Shown piece by piece: positions 48,251 through 63,469 of a DNA stretch of 64,000 bases. A program made the position numbers and the translations under genes. Origin of the DNA: Antedon mediterranea (Eukaryota; Animalia; Echinodermata). The notes below the pieces were generated by a model, which made no database searches, was not told where the DNA came from, and saw only the letters and a list, made by a program, of their open reading frames with translations. The DNA is taken from assembly GCF_964355755.1 (NCBI RefSeq), contig NC_092677.1, forward strand, positions 2,254,101 to 2,318,100, written 5' to 3'. Each line of letters starts with the position of its first letter. Within the stretch, counting starts at the first letter, position 1.

Positions 48251-50803
48251 TACAAATAAATTAAGGCACATGACACGTTTCATTCATACAACAAGGAAAA
48301 ACATCATACAGCAGTAAAAAAAATTTCTATTTTGTAAAAATAAATAAAATGATGAAATATAATTTCGCCATCGAAAAAAACAAACGAATCTAAACTAGAT
48401 TCTAGCCTACTAGAAAAAAACAGGACCGGGAAGATGGCGAGGACGAATGGCCCTTACTAATGAGTACCGCTTGCGTAAAAGCTTGAACTATGACGACTGT
48501 ATAATGGTGCGCTTACTGAGGCGAAAAACGCTTGCTTGAACGACGGCGTAATGGCGCTTATTGAGGCGTAACGCTTACGTAACAGCTTGCTGTGATGACT
48601 GCGTAATGGCCTTTACTGACACATCACTATACGAATTAATGTTCTAAAGATGAGTTTAGGGTTCAAATAAAAAAAGATTTAAAATACAATTTAATTCTAC
48701 CAATAGTTTTCCACGCCATGAGCGACGACCCATGCATTTACCAAATCACTTATCTATACGTCTAATGGCGCAATAATATTTACATAATTTCTATTAAGAG
48801 AACATTACATTACACGTATACGGGGTATTAAGGGGCACGATGGCGCATAACATTATTGCTCGTTACCATAATACTTATTGATTAACCCTCCGTCGGATGG
48901 AATTAAGTGTGAACAATATTCATATGACGAAGATTGCATGAATGTAACAACTAGGATTATTTTAGAGAAAGTAATGATGAAATATAAAAATCAAGAGGCG
49001 ATTTGAAACTGGTGATGTCATATCACTACCATATTTTGGCATATCACTACCATATAAGGCCACATCATCAAACTAAATTGATAGTGTAGACAGGGCTTTA
49101 GATTAAATCGACAACGCGTCAAGGAGGACACTACAAGCTTGATTATGATGAGATAAAAATGATGGAGAATGTATAGTAAAGAAATCACTGATGTATCAAG
49201 ATGCTGACGCGATGACGACGCGTCTGTTCGTTCTATCTTTATTTTTGTCATTCCATATGGTCATTTGAATAATTGTTGTTTCAAATTCATTAAACACCAA
49301 TATCAATCATTGTATCACGTTGCCAATACAGTAATTGAAATTGACCGGAAAATAAAGTTCATATATTTCTTCCAATTTTATACAATGCCAGTGTTATTGA
49401 CCGTTCTTACATATCCTACTAATTACTGCTGCTAATTATTCTTCTTGGTTCCCACTATGACGCAACGCAAGGACGTAAGCCACAACGCAGGCAAATTGAC
49501 CAATCAAGCAACAGTTCGAATGATCCATCATTCTTGATTGGTCAATTCGCTTGCGTTACGGCTTACGTTCTCCGTACGTCTCTTATGGGAACCAAGTTGT
49601 ATGCTCTGTCTACATGTGAAACATGTGATGTGCCCATATATGGACATGATGATGTCATATCACTACCATATTTAAGCATATCAATATCATATTTAAGCAT
49701 ACCACTACCATATTTGGGCACATAACACTTTTTTTTATGAAACTAGTTTAATTTCTTCGAGCTTTCGAATCGCCACGACCTAGGGCCTAATTTCTTTTGC
49801 GCATGCCTTTGATTTTGGTTTATAAATTAAGGATAATGCGGAGTTTTCCTGCCACTCGACGCAGCAGAGTAAAAATGCGATTCTGCGCACGCCCACCAGT
49901 GAGACACAAGATATGCGTAGTGTGAAATGCCTGCCCGAGAGGGTATTGGCGCAAACAATGTACTACTCACTCGTGCGTATGTTATAAGATGCTGTGTAAC
50001 CATATCAATATAATCTTAACAGTAAATGCAATCGTGTGTGAACGGACGTTATCGATAGATTTTACACACAAGGACATGGCTATGAACCGACAACTGGGAC
50101 GTAGTATATAACACCTATTGATACGCCAGTGACATGATTATGTTATTAAAATACACCAAAATCCATTTGAGAGATAACATGTAATGTATAAGATTTAAAT
50201 TTGTATCCGTTTTTGTCGACAGGACCACAATGCAAAACAAGTTTATTTCTACTTGATTGTGTATTATCCTGTATAAATATGTTGTTAAATAAAAAAAATA
50301 AATAAATAAATAAAAATGTAATTTACAATGCTCTTAATAATTAGTATTTATATTATTTATCTTCTCAAGGAAATCTTATCCAATTTAGTAACACAGATGC
50401 ACCATGTTGCATAATAAAAGAAATAGATGTATATTATAATTGAAACGAACAATATTGTACGGTAACCATTGTGTTGATCCCGCGAAATTATTGGAATAAA
50501 ATAGACCTACATATATATAAACGTTAGTCCTATGAACTGAAAATAGTTTGAAATAATACTTCATTGCTTAAAATAAAACACTCTTCTTGTCACTCTGTTG
50601 GAATACGTGCATAAGCAACGTTTAGGGACGAAAAGAGCCAGTCTTTCAGAGAGAGGAAAGCGGAGAGAGAGGGTCGTTTTTAAGACAAACAATTACGTCA
50701 GTTTAATTAAGCTTTGTTCCCACTAGCGACGCAACGTAAGTGATGGATTATTCGAACAGTGGCTCGCTTGCGTTGAACGTACGTCCTTGCGTTGCGTCTC
50801 TAA

Positions 50804-50983
50804 AGCTTGGTTCCCACTAGCGACGCAACGCAAGTACGTAAACGCAACGCAAGTGTTTTAACCAATGACAAGCGAAGTTATAGACAGTTAGCAATCACAA
50901 GCGAATAAGCCATCGCTTGTGATTGGTCAATTCACTTGCGTTGCGTTACGTCCTTGCGTTGCGTCGCTAGTGGGAACCACGCT
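50804..50983. mobile_element. MITE family B, full-length copy
   Basis: agcttggttcccactagcgacgcaacgcaag ... cttgcgttgcgtcgctagtgggaaccacgct; taa/caa flanks. Confidence 0.88.
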
Positions 50984-53267
50984 CAATGGGAGCCTAATTA
51001 AACTGACGTAATTGTTTGTCTTCAAAACGGTCCCTCTCCGCCTTCCCTCTCTCCGCCTTCCCTCTCTCCGCCTTCCCTCTCTCTGACAACTGACTCTAGT
51101 CTCTATTCGTCCCTGGTTGCTTATGTACTTATTACAACAACGTGAACATCAATTTACTTCGGACTTTGGTATAGTGTGATAAAGAGTCTCTACGTCAAAA
51201 CATGCTGAAGATGTGTACGGCTAATACCACGTGACCTTTTTAGGCCTAACGTCGCAAAATGTGTTATAGCAAGCTAGGCTACTGTAGGCCTAGGTCTACT
51301 TAAAAAATAGACATGTCAAACGATAGCAGGGCTAAAGAGTACTTGACGAGGAGGCAAACATAAGTCTTTACGTAAGTCTATGTGACAAACAGATGCGATT
51401 GGCACCACGGTTACAATCTTGATCAATAATTCAACAAAACGAAACTTTATAGTTTCAAATTATCATTTTACTTTACTAATATTTAAACTGTAAGCAAATA
51501 CACAATATACATACTGCACATGTACTCACCCCTTGTGTAAGCGTTGTTTACCAACACACAATTCCTTGAGACAATATTTGTTCCTGACTAGTTTTTGTTA
51601 AACCAAGAATTGTTGTAAAACTGACAGCGTGTTTAGGGTCGATTTGCTTTTGAATTCTTTTCTGCGGGTCGATGTAAAATCGATAAAAGGAAAGAAAGAT
51701 CTAAGGGCTGATACTGGCAGCAGTAGCTACTCTCTTAGTTTGGTTCGATACAATATTGTTCGCACCATTGAACATCGCTCAAGTTTTATCATTAAAAAAT
51801 AAAATTTTAATTAATTATTTCTTATTAGCATCATCTCTGATGACAAAAACACTTGATTGGTCATTGCTGGGAATTAACAAAAGGAAGAAACATTAAAAGT
51901 ATTAACAATACATACACGCAGACATGACTGGGCATGATCATAACACACACATAATTCCCAAAACACAAGACACTTTACTGAACTGGCGCTCCATAAACGA
52001 TCTATACAACACTAACATTATTTTGCATTTCATACACGCAGAAATATAACATGCACTGATCAGGGCCGTAGCCAGCATGAGGCATATAAGGCATTTGCCT
52101 CGTCTGAAATTTTCAATTTTCACCACCCACCCCAATTCCCCAGCACATATATTTATATACATAATTATATTTGAACCATCTTTGCCTCGTCTTTGAACCT
52201 CTTGTATACCTTGCTGGTGGCCATGGTCATAAAGATTCTGTTGCAGTACTGGGCACGTAACCATCAGACAGTAACATAACTGGGCGTTCCATAACTGGGC
52301 GTTCCATACATGTATGGATAACATGAAACCAGTTGTTTGACTGAATTATAAACTGTATAAATTGTAAAATGTATTTTTAATTTTGTTAATTTTTTTAAAT
52401 TTTTGGTATTTTTTAATTATTTTTAATTCACATTTTATTCAGCAATATAATTATTTACATTGTTATATACAATATTTCAGGGATCTTACAGAGATAAGTT
52501 TATTTTCTGTATTAAAACATGATACTTTTCACAAAAGAAAAACATGACATCAAGTAGAGTATAGGTATGTATATTTTATATTTATTCTATTGTAAAACTA
52601 AGCTGAAAAACCTTTTTGCAAGAATTGATAATCCACTAACCTCAAATAGTGAACTATAATGTGCACAAATTGATTTTAGGAAGCCATTTTGAATTAACAC
52701 TATTAGCTTTTGACGATAATGTTCATTTATTCATAAGTTTTCTCGGAAAGGATCACGTGGTTCGGAACGATATGCTTTGGGAAGTCGACAAATCGATAAT
52801 AAAGCCGGGTTGATAGACTATACTGGGTTTCTTTAAAATACCTTTAATTACATAACACCTACAGATCAAAAACTATATACATCTATCCTTACATGAATTA
52901 GTAATAACGAACGAAAATATATAAAATGGTGTAAAGTTTATGCGTTTTTATATATCGGCGGTGCTAACTAAAAAAACCTGTGAATAATTTGTCAAAGGTC
53001 ACCAATATATTTTTTTTTCAATTATTTTTATTGGAGATGAGCTGACTTGTAATCGTTGAATGTCTAGAATGTACTTGCAGCCAATTAAGGTGTTCCAAAG
53101 ACGGAAATTGAAATTGAACGTACTCTGTGCAGGATTATGCACGATAGTGATAAGAATATGTGTATTTAAGATTAATCACGCGACAAATAAAATCCGCTAT
53201 AATCGAAATCTTAATAATGGCCAAGACACTATGCTAACATATTATGTAAACGCGCTAAGTGTCAATG

Positions 53268-53404
53268 TGAGATATGTTCGTGAGATACGTGCGTGAGATA
53301 TGTGCGTGAGATATGTGCTTGCGATATTTGCGTGAGATATGTGCGTGAGATATGTGCGTGAGATATGTGCGTGAGATATGTGCGTGAGATATGTGCGCGA
53401 GATA
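53268..53404 (+). repeat. 13-bp minisatellite (gtgagatatgtgc), ~10 copies
   Basis: Tandem copies visible directly. Confidence 0.9.
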
Positions 53405-53534
53405 AGTACATGAGCTATGTGCATATCATGATAATGAAATCAATTAACAAAACGTGTGAAAAAATTGGTAGATTATCCGAACTATCGCTTGCCATTGGTC
53501 AACTCAATTACGTTGCGCTTACGTTACGTCCTAA

Positions 53535-53692
53535 GGCTTGGTTCCCACTAAGACGCAACGTAAGGACGTAATACGCAACGCAAGCGAATTACCAGACAGG
53601 CGATTATTTAGTCCAGCAGTGGCTTGCCATTGGTCAACTCGATCGGGTTGCGGCTTACGTGCTTGCATTGCGTATCTAGTGGGAACCAAGTT
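53535..53692. mobile_element. MITE family B copy with TAA TSD
   Basis: taa|ggcttggttcccacta...tagtgggaaccaagtt|taa. Confidence 0.85.
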
Positions 53693-56436
53693 TAACGTTG
53701 CGTCATGGTGCTTTAGGCCAGAACGCAGAACAAAGACGGATGATCCACGCCACTAATGTGACCGACCAGATTAATGTCGTCGCGTCCTAGTGGCAGCATC
53801 AAAGTTTGAAATGCGATGACAACCTAATACGCTTATTGAATCCCATGGTTACACGATGTCAAGGTGATTTAATTATTTCAACACGTGATATCTAAAGATA
53901 ACAATTTCTAGAAATCATGGACACATCCATACAAATATGATTACACTAACACATATTAACAATATCATATTCGTTATACAGTAGCTGTGTATTGAATTAT
54001 GGTGTGCGTATCAAAATAAACACAATATAATTTATTGTTTGCACAGCTAGTGTCAATCACGAGTATATGTACAATTATAGCATTTTATTAATAAATATGT
54101 GCGTCATCACATTGAATTACAGCATATTATATTGGAAATCAACATCTTGGGTCGCGTCATTGAGCAGTTACGTGATAAAACATAACTGTATGTTAGACAA
54201 TGCGTACACTGTACGCGAACAACTTGAGGGAGTCGTGCGATTATAATAAACTCAAGCATAAATCACATTGTAGACATTACTGCAGGTTAGATAATGTTTA
54301 GGTCCATACGAACAAAGTTGAAGTAGTTAGATCTTGGATCTTGTGTCAAAATGTATATCAAGCAACAACCACCAAATCAATATACATTAAAATTTACTGT
54401 GTAAATTATTTAAATATACTCTTGATATGTACAAATTAACTTCTTATATCCATTACTGTTTTAATGACTTTGTATGTGCCTCTCACGAGTGCTATAGGTC
54501 ACAAATGCGTACCTTGACCGAGATATGCATCGACAACCTTTCAAGCGTTTTGTCTTGTGAAGGCATCGCGTTTTGTAAACGCATCGAATCTTGTAGACGC
54601 GTAGTGAATTTTAGACGCATATAGCGTCATGATGTAAACGCATCGAATCTTGTAGACGCGTAGTGTATTTTGGACGCATAGCGTCTTGTAGGCGCGTAGT
54701 GTTTCTTTTGATACGCATCGAGTCATGTACGTAGACGCATCGAGTCATGTAGACGCATTGAGTGTTGTAAACGGATCACTTAAAGTGGCCGAGACACGAT
54801 TTTAAAAGCGTTTCGTCCATGGGCGAATTGTTGATTTGTGGGTGATTTATCGATTTTGTTAGGCGCCGAGTCTTTTCGGATGCTAAATTTAAATCTTTAA
54901 ACTATAGATACGTAATTACTACCACAAGCATGCTAGCTAGCTTACCGGTTTTCTATACAGTCATCTGTTAAAATTGTACATGTATGTATTTATGTTCGAT
55001 ATTTCGATAGAGAAAAACTGATCAATCGATGTAAATAAGGGGTCAGAGGTCAATGGCATACCAAAGTGCATTATTATCAACGCGACGACCTGAACTACAT
55101 TTCTCACTATCAAAGGCTGGTGAAGGCTAGGCTACTGTACAAAAGTAACTATGCTGACAGACGCCTCTAGGCCTACAGGCTAATCGTGTACCAAACTAAA
55201 CACAGCGAATAAAGACGGCAACTCTACCAATATACACCCCTATTTAACAAAATAATAGGCTTAGATGTGAAAACCCTCGTATGAATAGAATAATCGTTTT
55301 TGTGATGAATTATTACGCGGCTATTAAACTGATAGACAGGAATGTAGCGTGTTTAATCTGTATGGAAAATACCGTAGCCTAGTTACCGATAAATCAATCA
55401 GCCGCCTGACGCTAGCTTAGGCCGCCTGTGCTAATAATAAAAGATGCAGTCGCCCCTGGGCCTACAATTTCTTCTTCATGACTGACTCGATAATTACGAA
55501 TGAACACTCTAACACAAAACATTATATATGTTTATAATAATGTATATTTAGACAGTATTGTAATAATGATTGAATTAAATAAGAAAAGTTTACGATTAAT
55601 TTCTATATTCTCAATATCTGTCATCTTTCTTTATATGATGTTTACATTTTCCAAAAAATGAAAGCAATACACATAATAGCTAATAATAAAGCTATAAAAA
55701 TCTCGCACGATAAAGTTTGTCTGAAACAATACCGATGAGGGCGCTCTTTTACAATATTGAAACTGAGCCATATAATGGCGCTGTAGTGAAGTTTAATTTT
55801 AAATTAAAAGTATTTATATCTCATCCATAGAACATCGCTTAACATTCGACACAATCAAACATCTAATTTCCGGCTGTAGCGGTGTTATGTCGGTTTATAA
55901 TTAATATTTGTATTAAAAGGTGAAAAGATACAGAGGCGCGCGTGCAGGCATAATAGTGAAAACCAGTGTAGAAATATTACGTTTAGTTGTGCAGATATTA
56001 TTCCAGAGATTGGTGTTGAATTCCAATTAAATTTCACTTTATGACACCAAGGTGCAAATGGCACATGTTATATTATCAAATATTAATAAAAAGAGAAATA
56101 CTTATTCTCAGAGCCAGCGACTTAATTCATATTGTACCTGGGCTTATGATGTAGACCTACATATTGCAGCCAATGCCGATGATTTACTTTCCTCCTATGA
56201 CCTATGACCTTAGTCAGTGGGAAGGTCATCGCTAGAGGATACCCATCCATGATAAAAAAAAAAACATGAAATAAATGTAAAATGAATTGAAATGAAGAGT
56301 ATATAAAATTACAAAAGCTAAGCCTACGGGTCTCCAAAAAAACTCATTGGCTTCTTCTATCGCTTTTACCATGTATGATTTGACCATTGATATTAGAGAG
56401 ACTGAGTCAAATGGCCATCGATAGCACTGGAGGTCT

Positions 56437-56853
56437 GAGCCAACTGACCATTGATAATATTTGCTAGAGACTTGCAGAGCCAATGACCATTGACAATACT
56501 GGAGATGCCTGCCAACTGACCACTAATAATATATGCGAGAGAGGCCTGAGCCAACTGTAAATCTGCTGAACCAACTGACCATTGATAATATATTTGCATG
56601 AGACCAGCCAACTGACCATTGATAATATTTGGAAGAGATTCCAGAGCCAACTGATCATAGATAAATACTGTAAAGGTCTGCTGATCCAACTGACCATTGA
56701 TAGAATTTGGAAGAGATATCAGAGCCAACTGACCATTGATAATACTTAGGAGAGGCCATAGTCAACTGACCATTGATAATACTTAGGAGATGTCTTAGTC
56801 AACTGACCATTGATAATACATGAGAGGCCTTAGCCACTGACCATTAATAATAC
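56437..56853 (+). repeat. Degenerate ~38-42-bp minisatellite with conserved gccaactgaccattgataata half
   Basis: About 11-12 recurrences of the core with diverged but related second halves. Confidence 0.85.
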
Positions 56854-59800
56854 TTTTAAAGTCAAAATAGAAAATAATAATAGTAATTAGTTTCGTATTA
56901 AATGTCAAGAAACTAAAGCATTGTGTAAGCGTATTGTGCTCTCAGTATACAAATATTAGAAAATAATGAATTATTAACTAACTCCCCCGGGAGCGGTTCA
57001 CTTACTACGCTGCACAGACGTTGAATTCAATGCCAGCAGAAGACACATGTTATTAATACTCACGCAAACAACTCACTAAAAATTAAATAATGATTATTAT
57101 TATTCAAAAATGTTTAATTGAGCTTTAAAATTAATGTTCACATGAGAAATCGATGTATGCTGGAAGTAAACATACTCGTGAATAGTGGCTGGGGTGACTA
57201 GTCTAGGCTTATTACAGTACAAATGGTGGCTGGGAAGAATAGACATCATCACAATATGCTAATTAATTCATAAAAATTAATTCAATATTAAACCTACCAT
57301 TCTGAAAGTTAAACGAGAGGATTAGTATCCTAAAACGAATTGTCCTCCTTACTAAAACAACTAGTTCGATTTAATTTACTATGTGTCGGCTGCTTTGCTT
57401 CCCGCCAAAACCAATTACGAGAATTGGTAATAGTCTGCTCTGCAGTGCAGGATACAGCACGTAAACAAATACACTTAATTAATTCGTAAAGTCAAAATTG
57501 ATTTATGAAAAAGCATAGAAGAATGATAAAGGATTGGAATACGATACCGTATCGTATGACGGACGATATGAATCAAAATCTAAATAATTTAATAAACAGT
57601 TGAGGTGAAATGAGCAGACGATCATACGGGTTTCTTTAACATCACGTGTTACTTGTCAACAATTATTTTTGTTATAAACAGATACAATAAATAAAAGCTA
57701 AATTTTAAAAACACATTTTATTCCTTCCTTATAATGGTAATGATTATAATGAATAAAGGGAAATAAAATAATTGTTATTTTGAATTGAAATAATTACTGT
57801 GTTATTCTAAAAAACCGAATGGGAGGTATATTTAGAAACCCATCTGTACACAAGACACACTAAGCATGATATATGATAACATAATTATCATTTAAATCAT
57901 GTGTTTTGAAAAAAAAAAACCTTTAGAGCACATATATCTGTAAAACCGAGCTTTATAGTATGATAGCATTAAGTTAAGGCACCGTAACTAAAGACATATC
58001 GTTTAAAGACATTAGACCCATTCACTGTATATACTGCAGTATATATTATGAAAAATCAATATTATTCTATACATAAATTGCCACCCACCTAAAAAAACAT
58101 CAACTTGGGAAAATAATACAACTACGAAGAAATAAATCAAGTCAAAGGAGACATTTAAAATCTATCAACGCTAATTATTCTCATTTACAATTGTTAATTT
58201 GTCAGAAAGCAACAGAATTAATCAAAAACGCAACATTCGCTGCATAAAATACTAGAATAAATTATCACGTGACTGCATCTTTCGATTAATTATGGTAAAT
58301 ACTATTATCCATTAAATACGTATACGTAATTAGGTTTTTTACCGTTCAATTTATCGTTATTCTAACTAAAACATCTGGGAAAATGTATATTGGAGATAAA
58401 ATAAGAATTTAAAAACGTTATTTTTTATATTATATTGGGTGACCTCTTCAGTCAAACAAACTTGTTTTCCAGATTATCTGTATATAATTCTTTATGTTAA
58501 ACCATAGTCAATGGTTTAACATAAAGAATTATATACAGATAGTTTATATTTTTTTTTAAACAGATAAAACATTTTTCGAAGATGATCTTCCAGAGGTATA
58601 GTATTATCAGACCTATTTATTTATTTATGCTTATGATGAATTGAACAATTACAAAATATTGCATTTTATATTAATACAATTAAGCGAAAGGGAGATAAAA
58701 ACCGAACTAATACTAAGTACAGTACTTAAATACGTGAAAGCTACAGAGCACTTGAAGTCCGTGAAGCAGCATGTACGAGAAGTAAGAACGGTTAAAAGTT
58801 CAAGCTTACGACTACGACGACATTATAACATGAACTTAAGCATTAACACATCACACATCTCGACTAAAAAACACAAGTACAATTAAATAGTAATAACTCA
58901 AATTTCACTTTGCCATTTGACGTAAAGATACTAAATATCATTTCGGTCATTCCAAAATCATTGACATTTACAATATCACAACGATTTTATCATCAAATAC
59001 ATTTTCTTGGCGTTCATAAATCAATGAATGAAAGAGAGATCTTTGATTTAATATAATTATGGACGTGTGTTGGGCTGGATGAAGCTAGCTAGACATGTTT
59101 GCCTTGTAACCATATTGCTTAAAATAGAAACTGCCTTAAAATGTCACCGTCCAAGTGAAGAAATGTCAAAACGTTTTAAAAGTTAACGTCAGTTTATGAA
59201 GCCACGGCAGACGCGTGCTCGCAGTCTTGGCTCATACTAACAGTAGAATTCCTCATTTTAGACACTGCTATTTAGGGCCACCCTTAAAGGCATATTTTAT
59301 AGATAGGAACGATCGAGAGGCAATATATCATGTTTGATTCATGCCATCCCCTAGCCAAGGACCATCCCTATTAAAGGGACACTTTACAGAAAGAAAGGAA
59401 CGGAAGACAATATATCATGTTTGATTCATGCCATCCCTTATCCAAGGGGACACATTGTTGGGTCCTGCTACACGATTTTCATTGGTTAAACCTTTCCTAA
59501 TATCAATATAAACAAGTTCGTACGTACCCTCATACGCCATAATCAAGTATGACGTCATTCTATCTATTTTAGCAGTACATTCAGTTTATGTCATGTCTGC
59601 ACGTCATACCTAACATGTTAGACTAACCAGATTTCTACGTCACATTGTATAAATATTGATGTGTAGTTAACAGGGGATAGGAGGTGGAGTGTAACGATAC
59701 GTTACCACCACATGCCTACTCGGATCGTTCGTTCGTTAGTTTACATATAAAAAGAAATCTGTAAATGTCATGAATATGCTGCCACTAAACATAATGTGAT

Positions 59801-61485
59801 TGCATCTAAATAGTACACTAACGTCTTTATGAATACTTGGTTCCAATGCAACGCAAGATGAACTATTACGCGTCTGCAACGCGTGCAGTGTGGCCAGCGC
59901 TAATACAATTATACAAGTTATAATATTATTAAGACGTACCGAATACAAAATTATATAAACCTATAAATAATAAACATTTTATACTGAGCAGTACATACAA
60001 CACAGCTAAAAATAGTGATTCATTTTTTATCATACTGTACTGTAATTTAAAAAAATTAGAACAGTGAAACTACAGTACGGGGCGCAACTTGGGACAATGA
60101 AATATTATTTTGTCGTAATGAAATAAATTCTGCAACGATAAATGCCTGACCGTCGTGTCGAGCATACGTACAGTTAAAAATAATTTGATCTGCAATACGG
60201 GGCGCAACTTGAGACATAAGAAATTATATATGGTGTTTTGTGAAGGCAATTCTCATGGTCGTGTGTTCGACACTACTGAATATAGTACTTCTATATTTGA
60301 GCACATTGAACATTAGTATAATTGGACGCTGATTTCTGATAATAAAATTAAAATTTTGAAATGACTCTCACATAAATTCCGAGTGTTGATTAAAGCGGAT
60401 TATTTGCGACTTCAAACGAATGTCTTCTAAGATGATGCGCGGCGGCGGCAACTTCAATACGGCAGTACCGCTACTTGCAAATGTTGCCTAAAAGGGCATA
60501 TCGAACATTTAATGTTAACACGGTATGTGACGTCATAACAAACATCACGTGGGGTATATGTTTTAATTATTTGTACTTCAGATTTGCACTATTAATTCAA
60601 AATATATTTGAATATAAACACGGTACAAAAATGAACGTCTGGCAATTGATAACAAGTATATTGCTACTATACACGCTATTTCGTACCTATTGGTACGCAT
60701 AACATGACGTCATGAAATATGTAAAGCTACCGGGCCAAAAAATAATAAAACATAATCATTAACATGAAGAACACATTTTAAATATTATACAAACTTCAAT
60801 AAATCGTAATGCATGTTTTCGGAAGTATTGCCAGAGATAATTACGAAATTTCATCCGAATTATTTTAAGAAAAATAATACAAGTTATTATACTTTCCCGG
60901 GTTTGATCCTAGTTAATTATAAAGATAAAGTTGAAATGTCGATGCGTAGTGTTATTATGACACCCCTGGTAGTAATAAACATGACGAAGACGATCACGTG
61001 ACACAGTGATATGACTGTGCATGGTTAATATATGCTATTTTATGGAGAGAGCAGACAAGCTAAGATCGCGCGCAAAAACACTAAAAACGACGACAAGTCG
61101 TAAATGATGTTTCTTATTAAAAGCTAAATCAATTTACTATGTTATGTAATACGTTTGATCTTTACTCGGAATGTCTTTAGAGATTTCTACTAAACTTACC
61201 ACGTTATTTATTTCAGGGGGATTTTATTACAATTAACCCATATTTTAAAAGGTTATAAACTTTGACCTTAATGGTAACAATTTCTGTTGCTAAAGTCGTT
61301 GTAATACTGTTGCTACTACAGTTTACATTCTTTATTATTATTAGCAGAAAAATAACTTATTTTTCTGATATTAAGAAGTATTTTAGTGTTTTACATTAAA
61401 CAGTAATTTTAGGCAAAGTTACATAAGCGAGTTGAAAAGTAAAACCCGGTTTTATTAGGTTTGACCGTATGTTAGCTCTTTGCTA

Positions 61486-61632
61486 AGCTCTGTCTAAACC
61501 ATATCAAACTAGAGTTTGAAAAAAAATGATATGATGTGCCCAAACATGGTAGTGATATGACATCATCATGTCTATATGATGGGGACATCACATGTTTTTA
61601 TAACACAGAATTTGATAGTGTAGACAGAGCTT
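61486..61632. mobile_element. MITE family A copy
   Basis: agctctgtcta..atcaaac ... tttgatagtgtagacagagct. Confidence 0.85.
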
Positions 61633-63469
61633 TACTTTACTATTGGAAAATAATATATATATTTAATATAAGCAAAACTGCGACCTCACTTAACTAAATT
61701 ACTCAACTGCCATTGTTTATTTTATACAAACTGTAAATATAACATGTTGTACAAACTACTTTGCATTGGAATGTGTTCTTATATAAGTACTTAAAGTTTG
61801 TATTAATTAATCCAAATGTTGTATTACATAATATGGCCTTGGAATAAACTCAAAGTAAAAAAAAAACAATTTTTACCGCGATACCCACGTAATCAGACGC
61901 AAATTAAATTCAATAAGGTTATTAAATGTATTATTTATTAGGGAGAAACACACTAAAATTAGTCTAAATGTATTATTGGCTTGCTGTTGTATATTGCAGC
62001 AAAGATGGTTACGGTAATGGTATCGTGGATTTCCATGAATAGCGAGTTAGACGATAGTTATATTAGTGTGAAATGCCTGATTGCTCTTCTTTCGCATTTT
62101 CGTTGATTACTCTTGTATCTTGCAATCAATTTCATTACTGATTTTCCAGAAACGATAGAGAATTATATAGCACAAGGTTTTTGTAATAATTGGAGACAGA
62201 AATTAAACGGTTTCTCCACAAATTGATTTGTGGTCAATTTGCTAACGCGGCTAATAACACAAGTCATACGAAATAACTTTGACTCATTAAGCGTTGTAAA
62301 TTATCAAAATGCGCATCATATTTGATCATTTTGGTCTGTCGCGTTCTCAGGATGAAATTTTACAAATCTAGTGGATTTTTCATGAAGTGTTGCTGAATAA
62401 ATAAGACAAATAGCGGGGCGTGAATCATTACGTATTATCTCTCATTTTAAAACATCCCCATAACGGAAACTTTTCGTGAAGAAAACGAGAAGCGATATTA
62501 TATTTCAACACTACGACGAATTCTTATAAAGGCTACATCCCCATTAAGGGGGACACTTGTTGGGTCCCAAAGTTTGTCCATTCATTCAATGTAAATTTTG
62601 CTCATTTTGTAATCATTCATTCAATCATCATCATCATCATCATCATCATCATTTTATTAAATGATACGCACCTTCAAACAAAACGGCATTGCAACAACTA
62701 ACACAATAATACACATTTCATATCCACTCACATTCTCCCATATCGATTTTTTTTCTCAATTCTATATTTATTTTTCTCGTTTGTGACGTTAACTACAACT
62801 CCAGTCTAGGTTCTAGACCGAAATTATTAGTAAAAAGATCAATATTTTGGCACATATGGCGTTTCATACGTTTAATACATGAGCTCACATTCTAGGACAA
62901 AAATCGAAACGCTGACTGACAATAAACAATAAACAATAAAGACAGACTTGGAGGACAAGTCCACTACAACTCATTTCATTCATAACTATCATTGATCAAT
63001 ACAATTTAATACATCTTGCTATTTTTTTTAAAATTACTATTCTGGTTTTTGTTTGTTTTGTTTGTTTTTTTTAGTTTAATATAGATTTGGTTATTGACTC
63101 CGGACTTTAAACCTCCTCTTAAGGTAGGTGAACACATGCTGCAGGTTGTGATTTATACTCATACGTAATAATCATGTTCACTTTTCAATAATTTATTTTC
63201 TTGATACCATCTATTAACGTTTTAAGTTGAAAGGTTGAAAGGTTGAAAGGTAAGTTATATGATGGAGCAATTAAAGGCGGATAACTAACTTATACCTGCA
63301 TACTCCAAAGGGCAAGTGTATCACTCGGTAGAATTCTACACGGTCCAAGTAAATGTATAGCCGCCGCATGGATGTTACAAAACATGGCAGTTATACAGTC
63401 TTAAGAGGTTAAGGGTCAACATCTTAAAACTTAAATTTGTGTCGGATTTGGTTATTCTTATGATGTCAT

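Noticed and set aside
52060-52220. hAT-like element starting cagggccgtagccag
   Set aside because: No matching right TIR or 8-bp TSD found
56437-56853. CRISPR-like conserved repeat with variable 'spacers'
   Set aside because: The variable parts are short and related to each other (ggaagaga/ggagagg), so this is a decayed minisatellite
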